Assembly (NCBI GenBank): GCA_023473845.1
Contig: JAMCYA010000013.1
Location: forward strand, 1 to 35,901
Length of the DNA: 35,901 nt
Reading direction: 5' to 3'
Origin: Patescibacteria group bacterium
Lineage (GTDB): Bacteria > Patescibacteriota > Doudnabacteria > UBA920
Every line of letters begins with the position of its first letter. Within the stretch, counting starts at the first letter, position 1. Both the position numbers and the translations under genes were made by a program. Under the pieces are notes generated by a model that saw only the letters and a program-made list of their open reading frames with translations, did not search any database and was not told the origin of the DNA. Positions 31,402 through 35,901 of the stretch are shown piece after piece.

Positions 31402-31794
31402 ATGAAATTGAACGCAAAACAATTTGCCCAGGCCTTGCACGAGGCAGTAAGCCAAACTAAAGCCTCTGAGCACGACAAAATTTTGAACCGCTTTGCCAAA
31501 GTCCTGGCCCAGGAAGGCGCCTTGGGCTTGTGGCCGGATATTGAAAAAGAGTTCCTAAACCTGGCGGGCAAGGCAGAAGGCAAGGAGCAGGCCGAACTTA
31601 CAACCGCCCGTTCGGTCCAGGTCAGCGCCTCGCTGGTGGAAACTCTGAACCAGGCGGCGCATAAAAAACTGGAGATTGAAAAGCAGGTGGACGAAAGCCT
31701 GATTGGCGGCGTGATCCTAAAAACCGATGATGTAATCTTTGATGCCAGCGTAAAAACCCAGCTTTCTAAACTTAAATCTGAATTAAGCAAATAA
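31402..31794 (+). CDS. atpH: ATP synthase F1 subunit delta (short form)
   Basis: [11 protein letters not shown]...[10 protein letters not shown]-terminal motif; between atpF and atpA; 130 aa. Confidence 0.9.
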   Translation: MKLNAKQFAQALHEAVSQTKASEHDKILNRFAKVLAQEGALGLWPDIEKEFLNLAGKAEGKEQAELTTARSVQVSASLVETLNQAAHKKLEIEKQVDESLIGGVILKTDDVIFDASVKTQLSKLKSELSK

Positions 31795-31804
31795 CCTAAC
31801 CCCT

Positions 31805-33307
31805 ATGGCGCAAGCAGAACAAATCGTCAAACAACTCAAAGAAAAAATCGCCGGTTTTGCCGCAGAAGCAAAACTGGAAAAAGTCGGCAAAGTTTTGGAA
31901 GTGGCCGACGGCGTGGTCAGAATTTCCGGACTCAATGATATTGCCAGCATGGAAATGCTGGAGTTTGCCAATGGGGTATCAGGCGTGGCGCTGAACCTGG
32001 AAGAAAGCATGGTGGGCGCCATTGTCCTGGGCGATTACCTGGGCATCAGGGCGGGGGATACGGTTAAACCCACGGGTAAAATTCTGTCCGTACCGGTAGG
32101 CGAAGCCTTAATTGGCCGCACGGTAAGCGCGCTCGGCGAACCCAAAGACGGCAAGGGCGATATTAAAGCCAGTAAATTCTATCCCGTGGAAAAAATTGCG
32201 CCTGGTGTTATTACCCGCCAGCGGGTAAACCAGCCGGTGCAGACGGGTATTAAAACCATTGACGCGCTTATTCCCATCGGCCGCGGCCAGCGCGAACTGA
32301 TTATCGGAGACCGCCAAACGGGCAAAACCGCTGTGGCCATTGACGCCATCATCAGCCAAAAAGGGCAGAATATGATTTGCATTTATGTAGCAGTGGGCCA
32401 GAAAGAAAGCAAAGTGGCCAAGCTGGTGACCGAGCTGGAAAAGCACGGCGCCATGGAATACACTATTGTGGTTTCGGCCTCCGCTTCCGAGCCCGCGGCT
32501 ATGTCCTACATTGCGCCGTATTCCGGCTGCGCCATGGGCGAATACTTTATGGACCAGGGCAAGGACGTGCTGGTGGTTTACGACGACTTGTCCAAACAGG
32601 CTGTGGCTTACCGCGAAATTTCGCTGTTGCTCCGCCGTCCGCCGGGCCGCGAAGCCTATCCGGGCGACGTCTTTTACCTCCACTCCCGCCTTTTGGAACG
32701 CGCGGCCAAACTCAACAAAGATTTCGGCGGCGGCAGTTTGACCGCCCTGCCAATTATCGAAACCCAGGCCGGGGACGTTTCCGCCTACATTCCCACCAAT
32801 GTGATTTCCATTACTGACGGACAGATTTTCCTGGAATCCGACCTATTTTACAAGGGCATCCGGCCTGCTTTGAACATCGGCATTTCCGTGTCCCGCGTAG
32901 GCTCTGACGCACAGACCAAAGCCATGAAAAAAGTGGCCGGCAAAATGAAGCTGGCTCTGGCGCAGTACCGCGAACTTGAGGCTTTTGCCCAGTTCGGTTC
33001 GGATTTGGACGAATCCACGAAAAAAACTTTGGACCTTGGCCGCAGGCTGACCGAAATCTTGAAGCAGCCGCAGTACAGCGGCTTGCCCATGGAAAACCAG
33101 GTCTGCATCCTCTACGCGGTCAACAATGGCTATTTTAACGAGATCCCAGCGGAAAAAATGGCAGAGACCGAGGGCAAATTCCACGCCTTTTTGGCCAGCC
33201 AGGGCCAAAGCGTGCTTAAGGCCATCCGGGAAACCAAAGAGCTGAAGGAAGAAACCGAGAGCCAGCTCAAGACTGTTATTCAGGATTTCCTGAAAGCGCA
33301 GAAATAA
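31805..33307 (+). CDS. atpA: ATP synthase F1 subunit alpha
   Basis: [31 protein letters not shown]. Confidence 0.99.
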   Translation: MAQAEQIVKQLKEKIAGFAAEAKLEKVGKVLEVADGVVRISGLNDIASMEMLEFANGVSGVALNLEESMVGAIVLGDYLGIRAGDTVKPTGKILSVPVGEALIGRTVSALGEPKDGKGDIKASKFYPVEKIAPGVITRQRVNQPVQTGIKTIDALIPIGRGQRELIIGDRQTGKTAVAIDAIISQKGQNMICIYVAVGQKESKVAKLVTELEKHGAMEYTIVVSASASEPAAMSYIAPYSGCAMGEYFMDQGKDVLVVYDDLSKQAVAYREISLLLRRPPGREAYPGDVFYLHSRLLERAAKLNKDFGGGSLTALPIIETQAGDVSAYIPTNVISITDGQIFLESDLFYKGIRPALNIGISVSRVGSDAQTKAMKKVAGKMKLALAQYRELEAFAQFGSDLDESTKKTLDLGRRLTEILKQPQYSGLPMENQVCILYAVNNGYFNEIPAEKMAETEGKFHAFLASQGQSVLKAIRETKELKEETESQLKTVIQDFLKAQK

Positions 33308-33331
33308 TTTTAACTTTTTTATCCCAAGCCT

Positions 33332-34216
33332 ATGGCCGGAATGAGAGACATTAAACGCCGCATTAAGTCAGTGCAGGGCACGCGCAAAATCACGCGCGCC
33401 ATGCAGCTGGTTTCGGCTGCCAAAATGCGCAAGGCCCAGTATCAAGCCGCCTCCAGCCGGCCGTATTCTAGCCTGGCCTGGGAACTGATTAACAACCTTA
33501 CCCGGCAGCTGGAAATTGACATGCCGCTGCTCAGAACCCACCGGCACGCGAAGAAAGTCGGCGTGCTGCTGATTTCCACCAATCGCGGCTTTGTGGGCAG
33601 CCTGAACGTTAATTTGGTCGGAAAACTCAAGGAGCTGGAAAAGAACCCGGAGTTAATTTGCGAACTAATAGTCCACGGCCAGCAGGCCAAAACCCTGACA
33701 GCCCGGATGGGCAAGGTTATTGGCGCGGATTTTCCGAAGCTCGACAAGACTGCTGCCATTGAAGATATTTATCCCATTGCCAAATACCTGGCCGACCTTT
33801 ACCAAACCAACCACTACCGGAAAATTTACATAGTCTACAACCATTTTTATTCCACCATTTCCCAGAAGCCGGAAATTGTCCAGCTCCTGCCTTTCAACCC
33901 CGAGGTGGTCAAGCAGTCCAAAGAAAAGCAGGAAGTCGTCATTTCCAAAAAATACGGTTACAACTACCAGTTCGAGCCCGATCCTGAGAAAGTTCTGGAA
34001 CACTTGCTGCCTCGCATTATTGAAAGCCAAATTTACCAGGCCGTGCTGGAAAGCGATGCTTCCGAACACAGCGCGCGCATGATTATGATGAAGAACGCCA
34101 CGGACGCAGCCGGCGACCTGATTGACGACCTGACCTTAAGCTACAACCAGCTCCGGCAAAACAAAATTACCACTGAACTGGCGGAAATTACCGCAGGCAA
34201 AATTGCCCTGGAATAA
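33332..34216 (+). CDS. atpG: ATP synthase F1 subunit gamma
   Basis: KITRAMQLVSAAK, SEHSARM..MKNAT, RQNKITTELAEI. Confidence 0.98.
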   Translation: MAGMRDIKRRIKSVQGTRKITRAMQLVSAAKMRKAQYQAASSRPYSSLAWELINNLTRQLEIDMPLLRTHRHAKKVGVLLISTNRGFVGSLNVNLVGKLKELEKNPELICELIVHGQQAKTLTARMGKVIGADFPKLDKTAAIEDIYPIAKYLADLYQTNHYRKIYIVYNHFYSTISQKPEIVQLLPFNPEVVKQSKEKQEVVISKKYGYNYQFEPDPEKVLEHLLPRIIESQIYQAVLESDASEHSARMIMMKNATDAAGDLIDDLTLSYNQLRQNKITTELAEITAGKIALE

Positions 34217-34246
34217 CCACTTACAAACATTTACAATATCAACTAA

Positions 34247-35632
<1,386 letters not shown>

Positions 35633-35648
35633 CCAATTCTAATTTCTT

Positions 35649-35901
35649 ATGGCCAAAATTAACTTTCATCTGGTTACGCCTGAACGCACCCTCCTTAACA
35701 AGGAGCTGGTAAGTTTGTCCTGCCCCACCGATTTGGGCCAAATCACCATCCTACCCAATCACGTACCCCTGGTGGCCAACCTGGTGCCCGGTGAACTAGT
35801 GGCCAAGTCTGCTGCGGGCGAAGAACACATACACGTGGCCGGAGGGTTTATCCAGGTCAACCCCAAAGGCCAGGTGATTGTCCTTGCGGATGCGGCCGAG
35901 C
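35649..35901 (+). CDS. atpC: ATP synthase F1 subunit epsilon (runs off window end)
   Basis: Hand translation MAKINFHLVTPERTL...GQITILPNHVPLV...VAGGFIQV...VIVLADAAE; follows atpD. Confidence 0.95.
   Translation, partial: MAKINFHLVTPERTLLNKELVSLSCPTDLGQITILPNHVPLVANLVPGELVAKSAAGEEHIHVAGGFIQVNPKGQVIVLADAAE

Overview
Core-genome segment of a Patescibacteria (CPR) bacterium; the gene set and protein styles suggest Doudnabacteria or Parcubacteria (inference). It uses the standard genetic code (TGA is a stop) and almost all genes are on the + strand. Order: 5'-truncated M1 aminopeptidase, L,D-transpeptidase, secD-secF; a sigma70-region-4/HARE-HTH protein with a membrane protein and a VirD4/TraG-like ATPase; trxA (-); a cell-wall cluster (D,D-carboxypeptidase, mraY, D-aminoacylase-like amidohydrolase, murD, ftsW, DUF4012, murJ) and lepA; a ~2.7 kb variable islet of small stand-alone transcription units (AT-rich small ORF plus DUF3800 RNase H-like gene, a hairpin-dense orphan, a Cys-motif membrane protein, two more orphans); a 34-aa membrane peptide, PH-domain protein, FtsB-like protein and PPIase; a 614-aa membrane protein with an internal type IV pilin domain followed by a pilin lacking the prepilin cleavage site; murI; tRNA-Thr(CGT); and the F1Fo ATP synthase operon, which runs off the end in atpC. 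Best leads: the embedded-pilin/non-canonical-pilin pair, the DUF3800 islet, a tRNA enclosed by a terminator-like stem, and an extra transmembrane hairpin in SecD. The first 21 nt look like an inverted assembly chimera. All calls come from motif recognition by eye; no searches were run.
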